A stretch of 64,000 nucleotides of DNA from Candidatus Woesearchaeota archaeon (GCA_017610005.1 JAFCCU010000001.1:80371-144370), one strand, 5' to 3'; counted from the first letter of the stretch, positions 49,575 to 59,787 are shown. Program-made: numbers and translations. Notes: generated by a model from the sequence alone, not told the origin.

Positions 49575-50351
49575 ATGAAAATTTTAGTCACAAATGATGA
49601 TGGTTACAAATCAACTGGCATAAGAGCAGCGTTAGCTGCGGTAAAACCTTTTGCTTCAGAAATATATTTGTTCGCACCGTATGAACAACAAAGCGGTGTT
49701 GGAGGAAAAGTAACATTTTCTGAGGAGATTAAATTTACAGAATATGAATTAGATGGCATTAAAGGCTACGCAGTACATGGTACTCCTGCTGATGTTATTC
49801 GAATGGCTTTAATTGTTAAAGGATTAAAACCTGATTTAATTGTTTCTGGAATAAATTTTGGAGAACAAATTGGAAGTGTTGCAGTGCATATGTCTGGTAC
49901 AATGGCCGCGTTAGTTTATGGGGCTGCCTTTGGTATTCCAGGGATTGGATTATCTATGGTACCTCAAGATGAAGCCCATAAGTTTCATAACCACAATGAA
50001 TCAGAACTTCATTCAATGGAAGATTACCCTGGAAAAATTGCAACAAAAATTGTGGGATACGCAATAAAAAATGGTTTGTCTGGTGCCGAATTTTGGAATG
50101 TTAACTTTCCTAAAGAACCCTCTGAAGAAGTGATTGTTGTTCCTATGGAAAGAAGCTGGCATTGGCAAAATGAAGAAATAACTCTAAAAGAAGATTCTTT
50201 TATTGAGTGGGGAAAAATGCTGCCCCCAAAAGAACCAAAAGGAAATGATTTAGAACATATCTGTGATAAAATAACAATCACTCCCTGTAAGGCCGATTTT
50301 ACAGATTTTGAAGCAATAAAAAGATTGAAAGAGGGTATTAAGAGAATCTAA
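49575..50351 (+). CDS. surE: 5'/3'-nucleotidase SurE
   Basis: N-terminal MKILVTNDDGYKSTGI matches the conserved SurE DDG motif. 258 aa. Confidence 0.8.
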   Translation: MKILVTNDDGYKSTGIRAALAAVKPFASEIYLFAPYEQQSGVGGKVTFSEEIKFTEYELDGIKGYAVHGTPADVIRMALIVKGLKPDLIVSGINFGEQIGSVAVHMSGTMAALVYGAAFGIPGIGLSMVPQDEAHKFHNHNESELHSMEDYPGKIATKIVGYAIKNGLSGAEFWNVNFPKEPSEEVIVVPMERSWHWQNEEITLKEDSFIEWGKMLPPKEPKGNDLEHICDKITITPCKADFTDFEAIKRLKEGIKRI

Positions 50352-50485
50352 CATATTTCTTTTCTCTAAACTCATAAAGCATCGCCGGCCGGTGCACTCT
50401 TTCTATTTCGCCTGTTTCTTTTAAGAAATCCTGTTACAAAGCAAAAATAATAAAAGTAAGAGACGTTTTCTAAATTTCGTTAAAA

Positions 50486-51850
50486 ATGATAACTAGAGCT
50501 GAAATAGACCCTAAAACTGTAGTTAAGGAAATTGGGCAGTTTATTGTAGAAACTGTTATTTCTTCTGGATTAAAAGGAGCAGTTATTGGACTTTCTGGCG
50601 GTGTTGATTCTGCAGTTGTTTCAGCTATAACAAAACGAGCTTTTGATGAACATGGAGGTTTAACTTTAAGAGGTTACTCTATGCCTACATCTACCAATGC
50701 AGAATCAGATAAGGATGATGCAAAAGAATTAGCTGAATTTTTAGATATTCCCTATGAAAATATTCCAATCCAGGAGATTATGGAGGCATTTGTAAAAAGC
50801 AATGAGACTTTTAAAAATTCATTTCATGGGGGGAATGCAGCAGCTGCTGTAAGATTGACGCAACTCAGTGGTGAAGCAGGGGAACACAGAGGGATTGTAC
50901 TTGGAACAGGCAACCGAGATGAATATTTTTTAGGTTACTTTACAAAACGAGGAGATGGTGCAGCAGACATCCAACCAATACTGCAATTAACAAAAAGAAT
51001 GGTTTATCAGGTTGGAAAGTATCTAAACTTGCCAGAATCAATCTTGACAAGGGCTCCAACAGCAGGACTTGAACCCGGGCAGACTGATGAAGCTGATTTA
51101 GGTTTTAGCTATGATGAAGCAGAATTAATCATAAACGGTTTTTTAAACGGTTATAATCCTAATGAGATCAATAAAATTACAGGAATTGCACTTGAAAAGA
51201 TAGAAAAGGCAAAGAGATTGCATGAAACAACTGCTCACAAGAGAGCCGCTGCACCTTTTCCCCAAGTCACAATGGATTATGGAAATGGTAAGGCGCATTT
51301 GACTGAAGCTGATTCAGCCTTGGTTATTGGTAGATTCCAAATGGTTGCGAGAGGCCATGAAGATATGTTTTGGCAAATAACAGAGCATCCTGGTATAAAG
51401 AAGATTTATGTTGGAATTGGGTCAAGGGGGAATACTGAAGATCCCCAGCATCGCTATCTATTCTCATTTGAAGAAGTTAGAGAATTAATGGTCCCCTTAC
51501 TTGAGCAAATTAAAGCAGAAAAAGGGATTGATTATCAAATTGAAGATGTACCTGATATTAATAATAATTTAGAATATTCAAGTCATGTTGAAGGTATTTT
51601 CCCAGATATAACTGGGAAAACTGCAATTGTAACTGGGGATCCAGCAACTGTGCTTTGTTTTGATGCAAAATACCCAATTTTTAAACCAGAATTCCGAGTA
51701 AGTATTCATTCATCCACTATTCGGGATTTAATTCGGGACAACAAGCCGTACGCTCATCTAGTACATGACATTGGAGCAATGAATAGGATCAACTATGAAG
51801 GTCGTTTACGCCAGTACTGGACGGAGCATGGTAATGTGCGACTCGGTTGA
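50486..51850 (+). CDS. nadE: NAD+ synthetase (NadE, PP-loop) fused to a C-terminal nucleotidyltransferase (NMNAT/NadM-like) domain
   Basis: N-terminal GLSGGVDSAV PP-loop. C-terminal ALVIGRFQMVARGHEDMF resembles the (H/T)xGH cytidylyltransferase motif of archaeal NadM. Confidence 0.65.
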   Translation: MITRAEIDPKTVVKEIGQFIVETVISSGLKGAVIGLSGGVDSAVVSAITKRAFDEHGGLTLRGYSMPTSTNAESDKDDAKELAEFLDIPYENIPIQEIMEAFVKSNETFKNSFHGGNAAAAVRLTQLSGEAGEHRGIVLGTGNRDEYFLGYFTKRGDGAADIQPILQLTKRMVYQVGKYLNLPESILTRAPTAGLEPGQTDEADLGFSYDEAELIINGFLNGYNPNEINKITGIALEKIEKAKRLHETTAHKRAAAPFPQVTMDYGNGKAHLTEADSALVIGRFQMVARGHEDMFWQITEHPGIKKIYVGIGSRGNTEDPQHRYLFSFEEVRELMVPLLEQIKAEKGIDYQIEDVPDINNNLEYSSHVEGIFPDITGKTAIVTGDPATVLCFDAKYPIFKPEFRVSIHSSTIRDLIRDNKPYAHLVHDIGAMNRINYEGRLRQYWTEHGNVRLG

Positions 51851-51990
51851 TATTCTATCTCAATTAACAAAATATATTTTGGATAATGATTATATCTTAA
51901 GGTGATTTTACTAGAAATGGTACTTATACATAATAAACACTAGGAACACTTATAAATAAAGCTTAATCATGCTTGAAAAGGTGAATCATT

Positions 51991-52482
51991 ATGGCTGAGG
52001 ATTTAGATAAACTTGTAGGAATAGACAAAGAAAAGAAAAAAAGCAAAAAAAAAGGCCCTGTTAAAAAAGATGATATGATCAGTGTAGAATATGAAGGAAA
52101 GTTTACAGACGGTAAGGTTTTTGATTCTTCAGAAAAAGCAGGCAAACTATTAGAATTCCAAGTGGGTGCAGGCATGGTCATTAAAGGCTTTGATGCAGCA
52201 TTAATTGGTATGAAACCTGGTGAAGAAAAAGATGTTACAATTAAACCTGAGGATGGTTATGGGGTTATTAATCCTGAGATGGTAAGAGATGTACCAAAGC
52301 CAAGTATGCCTGAAGAACAAGAATTAAAAAAGGGTATGACCTTAATGCTTGGCTTACCAAATGGCCAAAAGTTTCCTGCAAAAGTAATGGATGTTGGGAA
52401 AGACACAATCAAACTTGATTTAAACCATCCTTTAGCTGGGAAAACTTTGAAGTTTCATATAAAACTTGTTGAAATTATTTAA
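51991..52482 (+). CDS. FKBP-type peptidyl-prolyl cis-trans isomerase with a Lys-rich N-terminal tail
   Basis: DMISVEYEGKFTDGKVFDSS…LEFQVGAGMVIKGFDAALIGMKPGE, the FKBP core. Confidence 0.8.
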   Translation: MAEDLDKLVGIDKEKKKSKKKGPVKKDDMISVEYEGKFTDGKVFDSSEKAGKLLEFQVGAGMVIKGFDAALIGMKPGEEKDVTIKPEDGYGVINPEMVRDVPKPSMPEEQELKKGMTLMLGLPNGQKFPAKVMDVGKDTIKLDLNHPLAGKTLKFHIKLVEII

Positions 52483-52487
52483 CTTTT

Positions 52488-52871
52488 TTATTTGAACTCC
52501 CTAACTATTTTTATTTCTCCAGATTTATTAAATATTCCTAACCCTATAGTATCATTTCCAGAAATAACCTTTTTGCCCGCACAAAGTTTCTCAATATTTA
52601 ACATCCCTGCGTCACATGCAAGCACAACTACTTGCTCACCCCTAGGCATTTGCATTCTTTCCTTTAAATCCCTAGAACACACAGGTACAATACTTTTATC
52701 ATCAAGCACGCTAAATCCTTCTTCTTCTAGCGCAGTTTTAATTTCAATTGCTCCTCTTAGCCCCCCGGTTTTACAAATAGAAGCGCACACAGAACAACTT
52801 ACAATAGAAATTGGCTTTTTTTCTAACTCTTCTTTAATTTCTGCGAGGGGCCTCTTTTTTGTGACTATCAT
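52488..52871 (-). CDS. Hypothetical Cys-containing protein
   Basis: 127 aa. SCSVCASICKTGG. Preferred over the overlapping low-complexity ORF on the + strand. Confidence 0.35.
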   Translation of the reverse strand: MIVTKKRPLAEIKEELEKKPISIVSCSVCASICKTGGLRGAIEIKTALEEEGFSVLDDKSIVPVCSRDLKERMQMPRGEQVVVLACDAGMLNIEKLCAGKKVISGNDTIGLGIFNKSGEIKIVREFK

Positions 52872-52907
52872 GTTAGTTTTGATAATGGGTTGTATTTAAA
52901 ATTTTCT

Positions 52908-55355
52908 TTAAAAGAACTTACTCAAAGCGCTTTGATCTTTCTTTGCCAATATCTCATCAGGTTTTATCCCAAGTTCTAAGAAAATCGAATCAACAGCAGG
53001 GATTATCTGTTTGTTTACATAATAATCAGTATCATAATCAGGTTTTTCTACCATATCAGCTTCAATTGCCCTTTCTCCCACTTTTCCAGAACCAGTTTGA
53101 ACTATCCAGTGGATAATGTCTCCTACTTGAACAGTTTGCCCTCCTGCAATCATCTTTTTTGCAACAGCTACATGAGGAGAAATTGAATTATACTCTTTAA
53201 TTGATTTTGTTAGCTGGGTTTTAATAATCATTTTTTTCTTTTCTATTTCATTTTTCCTTACTTTTGCTACAAGATCAATAATGTACTTTTGTGCTTTTTT
53301 AACATCATTATCCTTTAGTATTATCTCTAAAACATGTTTTTGAGCTTCGCGTGCTAGTAAACTCCAGTTTCTCCGCACATACTCAAAACCAGTAATCTTC
53401 ATCTTGCCTTCTTTAGAAATCATAGCATATTTCTTCTTTGCACCAGTTGTAGAGGTTTTTGTGCTGACAAATAAAGCACTTGGAAAGGTCCCTTCAAACT
53501 GCAATTCCATAATATCTGGAAGGGTATCGTTAATATTTATTGCAAAATCCTTTGCTTCATCTAATGTTTTCCCATTTAAATCAAGAAAAATACTATCTGT
53601 ATCTCCGTAAATTACCTTAAATCCAGCTTTCTCTGCGCTTTTAATAACCTCTGTCAAATAATGCCTGCCATAGGCCGTAATACTAAGTGCAGCGTCAAAC
53701 GCATACCATCTTGAGCCAAAGTACCCCATATAGCCCCACATTGCGTTAGCAAGGGTTTTTAGAGCGTGAGAGCGAGCTTCCATTACAGCACTTGTCTCCT
53801 GCTGTTTAATTATTTCTTTTAAGCGTACTCTCCGAGTAATAAGTTCTTTAATTACTCCTGGAATAAATCCCACTTTTTTTGTACAAAACCAAATATCATC
53901 TCGTCCTGGTACTTTTTCTGCAGTATCTTTACAGCATTTACATTGTAATGTTTCAGGCGAAATATTGTGGGCGGAGATTATGCTAGGATATAGAGAACGG
54001 TAATCAAAGACAGCGACATTTTTGTAAAGACCAGGTGTTGGTTCATATACATAAGCACCTTGAAAAGAGCTTCTGCGCCTTTCAGCAATTGATTTATGGC
54101 CTGGTAAATTTGGAATTATAATATTATCATTGTATGCTTTTGTTATTAAATATCCTTCAACAAGTTTTGAAAATCTTGACCTTGACATATCAAAAGGCAT
54201 TAATCTTGTTAATTTCACAAACTCCACAATATCTGGTAATATTTTTTGACAAAGTTTGTAGGTTACTTCAGTATCACGAAGATTATATTCTGCAAATTTT
54301 CCTAGTTCTTTGTCCCCACTTCCCCAGATTTTACCTAAGCGTGAAATATCTACTTCAATTTTCCCTATACCTAAGATTTCTTTTGCAACACTGTCAAGAT
54401 CATATGAAGTAGTGCTTAGCCCTTGAGCCCATATATATCTAATAAATTTAAAGACATCAACATGAATTAATCCTTCAATGTATGCCTTTTTAACTTTAGT
54501 CCCAGTAAGTCGCACAGCTGAATTATTAAGGCCTGGTTTAAATTCTACACCTAAATGATCCGCACGTTTTTTTATATAAGGCCAGTCAAAGCCATCAGAA
54601 TAATATCCACAGATTATATCTGGGTCGTCTTTTCTAATAATCTCTGCAAATCTTTTATACATGTCTTCTTCAGTTGGTAAAAATTCAACAAAATCTCCTT
54701 TTACTGGAAATTTATTCCAGGTTAAAACCCGCTTAATGCCCTGTGAATAAACTGCAATCATCAAAATTGGATATTTTTTAGGATCAATATCCTTTGAAGG
54801 AGTTTCAATGTCAATTGCCATTATAGATAAGTTTGAGTAGGTTTCATCAGATGCAAGCTCAATCTTATCTGCTTTGAAGATTTTTGCACGGTTTTTGCCA
54901 GGGATAAATTCTCCACTAGCTGTGTGTTTTTCTAGTGGAATAATATTATTATCAACTAAAAACCTTTGAATAAAATGTATATCTTTTTCATATACATGTT
55001 CAATTAACTCATTTTCTTTTATTTCATAAGCTAATTTAGGAATATCTTTAGGAATGGGGGTTTCACATTTGAAACATGTGACTTCTACTGTGCCAAGTAT
55101 CTTTTTTATCTTTTCAACCTTTCCAATACCAGTTTTACGCTCTTCAAGCTGAAGCGTTAAATTCTTTAGATATTTTTCAACTACATCTTCCTGCCCTTTT
55201 TTAGGAATGACGAGAAAATAAGGAATAAAACTACTGTAACGAACACACACTCTCTCATCTTTAGATTTCCCATAGATATAGATCACAGCGGAATCACCTT
55301 CGAGCTTTTGCACTGCATCTAGAGGATAAAAGTCAATACTTACCATAGTGAACAA
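52908..55355 (-). CDS. polB: Family-B DNA polymerase (replicative PolB)
   Basis: Exo I MAIDIET, Exo II YYSDGFDWPYI, Pol A DYRSLYPSII, KTLANAMWGYMG, Pol C VIYGDTDSIF. 815 aa, no inteins. Confidence 0.9.
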   Translation of the reverse strand: MFTMVSIDFYPLDAVQKLEGDSAVIYIYGKSKDERVCVRYSSFIPYFLVIPKKGQEDVVEKYLKNLTLQLEERKTGIGKVEKIKKILGTVEVTCFKCETPIPKDIPKLAYEIKENELIEHVYEKDIHFIQRFLVDNNIIPLEKHTASGEFIPGKNRAKIFKADKIELASDETYSNLSIMAIDIETPSKDIDPKKYPILMIAVYSQGIKRVLTWNKFPVKGDFVEFLPTEEDMYKRFAEIIRKDDPDIICGYYSDGFDWPYIKKRADHLGVEFKPGLNNSAVRLTGTKVKKAYIEGLIHVDVFKFIRYIWAQGLSTTSYDLDSVAKEILGIGKIEVDISRLGKIWGSGDKELGKFAEYNLRDTEVTYKLCQKILPDIVEFVKLTRLMPFDMSRSRFSKLVEGYLITKAYNDNIIIPNLPGHKSIAERRRSSFQGAYVYEPTPGLYKNVAVFDYRSLYPSIISAHNISPETLQCKCCKDTAEKVPGRDDIWFCTKKVGFIPGVIKELITRRVRLKEIIKQQETSAVMEARSHALKTLANAMWGYMGYFGSRWYAFDAALSITAYGRHYLTEVIKSAEKAGFKVIYGDTDSIFLDLNGKTLDEAKDFAININDTLPDIMELQFEGTFPSALFVSTKTSTTGAKKKYAMISKEGKMKITGFEYVRRNWSLLAREAQKHVLEIILKDNDVKKAQKYIIDLVAKVRKNEIEKKKMIIKTQLTKSIKEYNSISPHVAVAKKMIAGGQTVQVGDIIHWIVQTGSGKVGERAIEADMVEKPDYDTDYYVNKQIIPAVDSIFLELGIKPDEILAKKDQSALSKFF

Positions 55356-55378
55356 AAGGGCGAAGATTGCTTATATAT

Positions 55379-55846
55379 TTATCCCTTAAAGCGCACAGCG
55401 TGAGGCAAAACTTTCAGAAGATCAATTGATCTCATCTTTATTGTCATTGTATGACTTCCTGGGTTAAAGTATAAAAACTCATTTTCAAAAAGTATATCAT
55501 TCACATATGTCTTAATCTCACTTTTATATCCAAAAGGTGCAACGCATCCAATCTCAACACTCGTTATTCTCTTAACTTCATCGGGTGAAGCTAATTTTAA
55601 TGATTTAACGCCTTCAAGCTTAGAAATCTTCTTAGAATCTACCCTTTCAGTTCCTGGTCCAAGCACAAGCAAAAATCCTCTTTTATTAGTTTTAAAAAGC
55701 ATAGCTTTTATTCCTTCTTTCTCACTTTTTAACCCTCGGATATTAGCAGCTTCTTTGCATGTATAAACTGCGTCATGTGAGAATTTAGAGAATTCAAGCT
55801 GGTTTTCTTTAAGAACTTTAATAATTCTATTAGTTAAATCACCCAT
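55379..55846 (-). CDS. YbaK/ProX-family aminoacyl-tRNA deacylase
   Basis: GCVAPFGY near the C-terminus and overall YbaK-like size (155 aa). Confidence 0.55.
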   Translation of the reverse strand: MGDLTNRIIKVLKENQLEFSKFSHDAVYTCKEAANIRGLKSEKEGIKAMLFKTNKRGFLLVLGPGTERVDSKKISKLEGVKSLKLASPDEVKRITSVEIGCVAPFGYKSEIKTYVNDILFENEFLYFNPGSHTMTIKMRSIDLLKVLPHAVRFKG

Positions 55847-55902
55847 AAAACTTATTTCGTGATTACCCTATAAATATCTTTCTTGAAAATCTCACTGGAC
55901 AT

Positions 55903-56773
55903 TTGCGCAGAGAGTTTTTAAAGTTAGAAAACATAATCAATTTTATGGAGGAAAAAAATAAACTTGTGGTTTTTCAAGATATGGAAATAAGGAGAGTTTG
56001 GTTTAAGGAAGAATGGTATTTTTCTGTTGTTGATATTATTTCGGCACTTACAGATAGCCCCACTCCGAGACAGTATTGGGGAAGGTTAAAGATAGAGAGT
56101 TTAAAAGCCTTGAGTTGTCCCCAATTTGGGTACAACTGAAACTGGCAGCTTCTGACGGAAAATTTTATCTGACAGATTGTGCTAACACAAAATCTCTGTT
56201 TAGGATAATCCAATCAGTCCCTTCCAAAAAAGCAGAGCCTTTCAAACAGTGGCTCGCGCAAGTAGGATATGATAGAATAGAAGAAATTGAAAATCCAGAA
56301 CTTGCTCAGGATAGCGTAAAGAGATATTACGAACTAAAAGGTTATCCAAAAGGCTGGATCGATAAGAGATTGAGAGGAATAGTAATCAGACAAGATCTAA
56401 CTGGCGAATGGAAAAACAGAGAAATTGAAGCCAAAAATGAATTTGCAATTCTAATAAATGAGATATCTAAGGCAACTTTTGGAAAAACAGTAGGTGAATA
56501 TAAAGAATTTAAACAATTAAAAAAGAAAAATCAAAACTTAAGAGATAACATGAGTGATTTTGAGTTAATTTTTACAATGCTGGGTGAAAAAACACCACAG
56601 AAATAACAAAAGATCGTGATTCTCAAGGTTTTGTTGAATGTAAGGATTCAGCCAAAAATGGTGGAGATGCTACAGGAGATGCAAGAAAAGTAGTTGAAAA
56701 TAAATTAGGAAAATCGACAATTTTTAATGAGAATTTTCTGCCTCAACAAAAGAAACGAAAAATGCTAAAGTAA
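55903..56773 (+). pseudogene. Bro-N / DinD-like gene in three successive frames (55903-56139, 56076-56606, 56600-56773), disrupted at two poly-A runs
   Basis: VVFQDMEIRRVWFKEEWYFSVVDIISALTD (Bro-N start), then …LTDCANTKSLFRIIQSVPSKKAEPFKQWLAQVGY… in another frame, then …ITKDRDSQGFVEC…NENFLPQQKKRK in a third. Each shift equals one missing A in an A-run. Confidence 0.6.
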
Positions 56774-56875
56774 CTTCAGAACAGTCTAAAGTAAAAAGCT
56801 CAAACCCCAAACCTCTCCGCTTTTGAGTCACAAGTTTTAAAAACACCATACTATTTTCCCATATCGTGATTTAAA

Positions 56876-57946
56876 ATGTTATTAAGAAAGAAAACCAAAA
56901 AAAAGGAGGAGCCTAAAGCTTCAAAAAAGGCTGTAGCAAAGAAAGCTGCACCTAAAAAGGCCGTAAAAAAGGTTGCAAAGATAACTGCAACTAAAAATGC
57001 TGCACCTAAGAAAGTTACTGCAAAGAAAGCTGCACCTAAGGCCAAGAAAGTTGTGGATTCTCCCCTAGATTTTGAAAACGAAGTATCTGCTGCAGATCAG
57101 TTCACTGACTCTTTTGCAGAGATAAGAAAAATAGATGAGAGTAAAAAACCACAAGAAAGGCGAACTTTTACTCCCAGACAAGATTATAGAAGAAATGACA
57201 GAAGACCAACTAGCAGACCTGATTCTAGAAGTCCAGATAGCAGAAGACCAGCTTCCAGATCAGATAACAGAAATCCTGCTAATTTTAGGCCACCCAGAGC
57301 AGTAAATGTTAGACCTATTCTTGCGCATGCCCCTTCTCCACCTAAACCTACAGGAGATACAAGGCGATTGCAAGTTACAAGGAAAGAAACTACTGCTGCT
57401 AATGAAGGAAGAAGTGCTTTTGGATCCAGTAGAATTCCAAAAGCTAATAAGAAGCTACTTTCTCTTCCTGGACAAAGAGTTGGAGTTTTTGTTGACGTAC
57501 AAAATATGTATTATTCAGCAAAACACTTGTTTAATTCCAAGGTTAACTTCAAACAAGTATTAGAAGATGCTGTTAATGGCAGACAATTAATCAGAGCAAT
57601 TGCTTATGGAATTAAAGCAGATATTAAAGAGGAAGAAAACTTCTTTGAAGCTCTAGAAAAAATTGGATTTGAAGTTAAAACAAAGGATCTTCAGATATTT
57701 GTTGATGGTTCCAAGAAAGGCGATTGGGATGTTGGAATTGCAATGGATGCTATGAGGCTAGGACCAAAATTAGATGTAGTGGTACTTGTTTCAGGTGATG
57801 GAGATTTTAGAGATCTTGTTGAGTATCTAAAAAGCTCAGGATGCAGAGTTGAAGCATTAGCTTTTAAGAAAACTGCTTCAGCAAGATTGACCTCAGTTGT
57901 CGACCATTTCACTGATCTTGTAGGTAATAAATACTTGATCAAATAA
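56876..57946 (+). CDS. NYN/LabA-like (PIN-fold) domain protein with an N-terminal AKP-rich histone-H1-like tail and an RS/RD-rich linker
   Basis: KKAVAKKAAPKKAVKKVAKITATKNAAPKK repeats; RRPTSRPDSRSPDSRRPASRSDNRNP; C-terminal RVGVFVDVQNMYY…VVLVSGDGDF NYN core. Confidence 0.6.
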   Translation: MLLRKKTKKKEEPKASKKAVAKKAAPKKAVKKVAKITATKNAAPKKVTAKKAAPKAKKVVDSPLDFENEVSAADQFTDSFAEIRKIDESKKPQERRTFTPRQDYRRNDRRPTSRPDSRSPDSRRPASRSDNRNPANFRPPRAVNVRPILAHAPSPPKPTGDTRRLQVTRKETTAANEGRSAFGSSRIPKANKKLLSLPGQRVGVFVDVQNMYYSAKHLFNSKVNFKQVLEDAVNGRQLIRAIAYGIKADIKEEENFFEALEKIGFEVKTKDLQIFVDGSKKGDWDVGIAMDAMRLGPKLDVVVLVSGDGDFRDLVEYLKSSGCRVEALAFKKTASARLTSVVDHFTDLVGNKYLIK

Positions 57947-57980
57947 AAATCCCCACAGCAACAAGCTGAGGGAATTTTTA

Positions 57981-58901
57981 ATGTTCAAGATCCCAGGAGG
58001 GTATCTTAAACAAATGAATGAACTGTTAAAAGTATTAGAAGACATGAAGAAAAGCGAACCTGAAAGGGGAGCTAAGCAGAGTACCCTTGATAAAACTGAT
58101 TTTTCAAGGGTACAAAGCCCTTCTTCAACTAATACTTACTTCGAATGTCCTCGAAGATATTTCTATAAGTACATTAAAGACATACCAACTTTACCCAGCA
58201 TTTATCTAATTAGGGGAAAAATGGTGCATGCAGTCTTAGAAGATTTCTTTGAACTTGATCCAAGCAAATTATCTCCAGAAGGATTTGTTATGGAGATGAA
58301 AATGATCATGATGAAGGATTTTCAAGAGAAATGGTTAAAAGATAGACAAAATATAATAGATTTAGGAATGGGTAAAGATGAACGCTTAGGCTTTTTTCAA
58401 AGTTCTAAAGTGATGATATTAAAATTTGCAGAAGTATTTGCAGATAAAGTAAAACATCTTCTGCCTAAGATGCAGTTTGTTGAAGCTTTTAATGCAGCAA
58501 AACCTAAAACTGAACTTTATTTTAAGAGTGAAGAATACAAAGTGCAAGGATATGTAGACGCAATATTTGATTCTGATAAAGTTAAAATTATTGACTATAA
58601 AACAAGTTCAAGGGATATAATGCGTGAAGGCTATAAAAGACAATTGGCAATATACGCCCTAATGTATGAAGAGAAATATGGGAAATTACCTGATGAAGTG
58701 GGCATTCATTTTCTATTATTTGGAGAAACCATACTTCCTGCAACAATGGAAATGGTGGAAGATGCTAAAAAAGACTTAGCTTATGTTCATTCAAAGACAA
58801 AAACTGGCAGTATGGATGATTATCCTAAGGGAGTAAGACCTTTGTGTAAATGGAGCCGAGGCCAGTGTGATTATTATGATATTTGTGGTGGGACAGATTA
58901 A
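57981..58901 (+). CDS. Cas4/RecB-like PD-(D/E)XK nuclease with a Cys cluster (stand-alone)
   Basis: N-terminal Cys in YFECPRRYFYKY, YVDAIFD…IIDYKTS nuclease motifs, C-terminal CKWSRGQCDYYDICGG (C-x6-C-x5-C). Confidence 0.6.
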   Translation: MFKIPGGYLKQMNELLKVLEDMKKSEPERGAKQSTLDKTDFSRVQSPSSTNTYFECPRRYFYKYIKDIPTLPSIYLIRGKMVHAVLEDFFELDPSKLSPEGFVMEMKMIMMKDFQEKWLKDRQNIIDLGMGKDERLGFFQSSKVMILKFAEVFADKVKHLLPKMQFVEAFNAAKPKTELYFKSEEYKVQGYVDAIFDSDKVKIIDYKTSSRDIMREGYKRQLAIYALMYEEKYGKLPDEVGIHFLLFGETILPATMEMVEDAKKDLAYVHSKTKTGSMDDYPKGVRPLCKWSRGQCDYYDICGGTD

Positions 58902-59698
58902 TTCTTCTTAACATGCACATCCATCTGATTAAATGGAATGTTAATACTTGACTTGGCTAGCTTTTCTTTAATTATTTTAATTAGATCAAACCTTGTATGC
59001 CAATAATCTGATTTCTTGGTCCATCCTCTTACAGAAATTACCATCGCTGAATCACTCATTTTATACACAATTGCTTTATATTCGGGTTCATCTAAGACTC
59101 TTTTATCTTTTTTTAGAATCTCTAAAATGATTTTAATGGCCTTATCAAGCGAAGCTTTATAAGGGATATTTACTTCAAATTTAATCATTCGAGTGGAATA
59201 AGCTGTAAAATTTACTATCGCATTTCCCCAGACAGAAGAATTGGGAACAACTATCTTTTCGTTTGTAAAAGTTTTAATTTCTAGAGCTGAAATTCCAATA
59301 TCTCTAACAGTTCCTTTAATTTCTTTTCCTACTTGAATGTAATCTCCTACATGAAATGGTTTGTACACCATTATCATTATTCCAGAGGCAAAATTAGAAA
59401 ATACATCTTTTAACGCTAAACCAATAATCGCACCTGCAATACCCAAAGATGCTAGAAATGGGGCTAAGTTAATTTCAAATACACTTAGAATAACAACAGC
59501 AACAACAAACCATTCAACAATTTTAAGGATCCTGAAAACAAAATTAGCTGTTCCGGTATCAAATTTTCTCCAATCTCTTACTTTTTCAAGCACAAAATTA
59601 TTTAGAATAACTATGAATATGTACCCACCTGCAAATACTAAAAAAGCTTTTAAGATCTTGATAAACAGATCCATATTCTGCTCAATAAATTGCATCAT
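58898..59698 (-). CDS. MscS-family mechanosensitive channel (small paralog)
   Basis: TM helices plus PFHVGDYIQVGKEIKGTVRDIGISALEIKTFTNEKIVVPNS. Confidence 0.7.
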   Translation of the reverse strand: MMQFIEQNMDLFIKILKAFLVFAGGYIFIVILNNFVLEKVRDWRKFDTGTANFVFRILKIVEWFVVAVVILSVFEINLAPFLASLGIAGAIIGLALKDVFSNFASGIMIMVYKPFHVGDYIQVGKEIKGTVRDIGISALEIKTFTNEKIVVPNSSVWGNAIVNFTAYSTRMIKFEVNIPYKASLDKAIKIILEILKKDKRVLDEPEYKAIVYKMSDSAMVISVRGWTKKSDYWHTRFDLIKIIKEKLAKSSINIPFNQMDVHVKKN

Positions 59699-59787
59699 TC
59701 ACCTCTTAAGACCGAAGATGAGTTATTTAGTATATAAAACTTTTCACCCTTAGCTTTATAAGTGATTATTTAACAGTAACTAATTCA

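Noticed and set aside
52492-52899. 135-aa plus-strand ORF overlapping 52488-52871 (-)
   Set aside because: Its translation is S/L/I-rich low-complexity; the minus-strand alternative looks like a globular Cys-containing protein. Only one can be real.
53404-54412. Plus-strand ORFs inside polB
   Set aside because: Antisense to a gene with all the family-B polymerase motifs.
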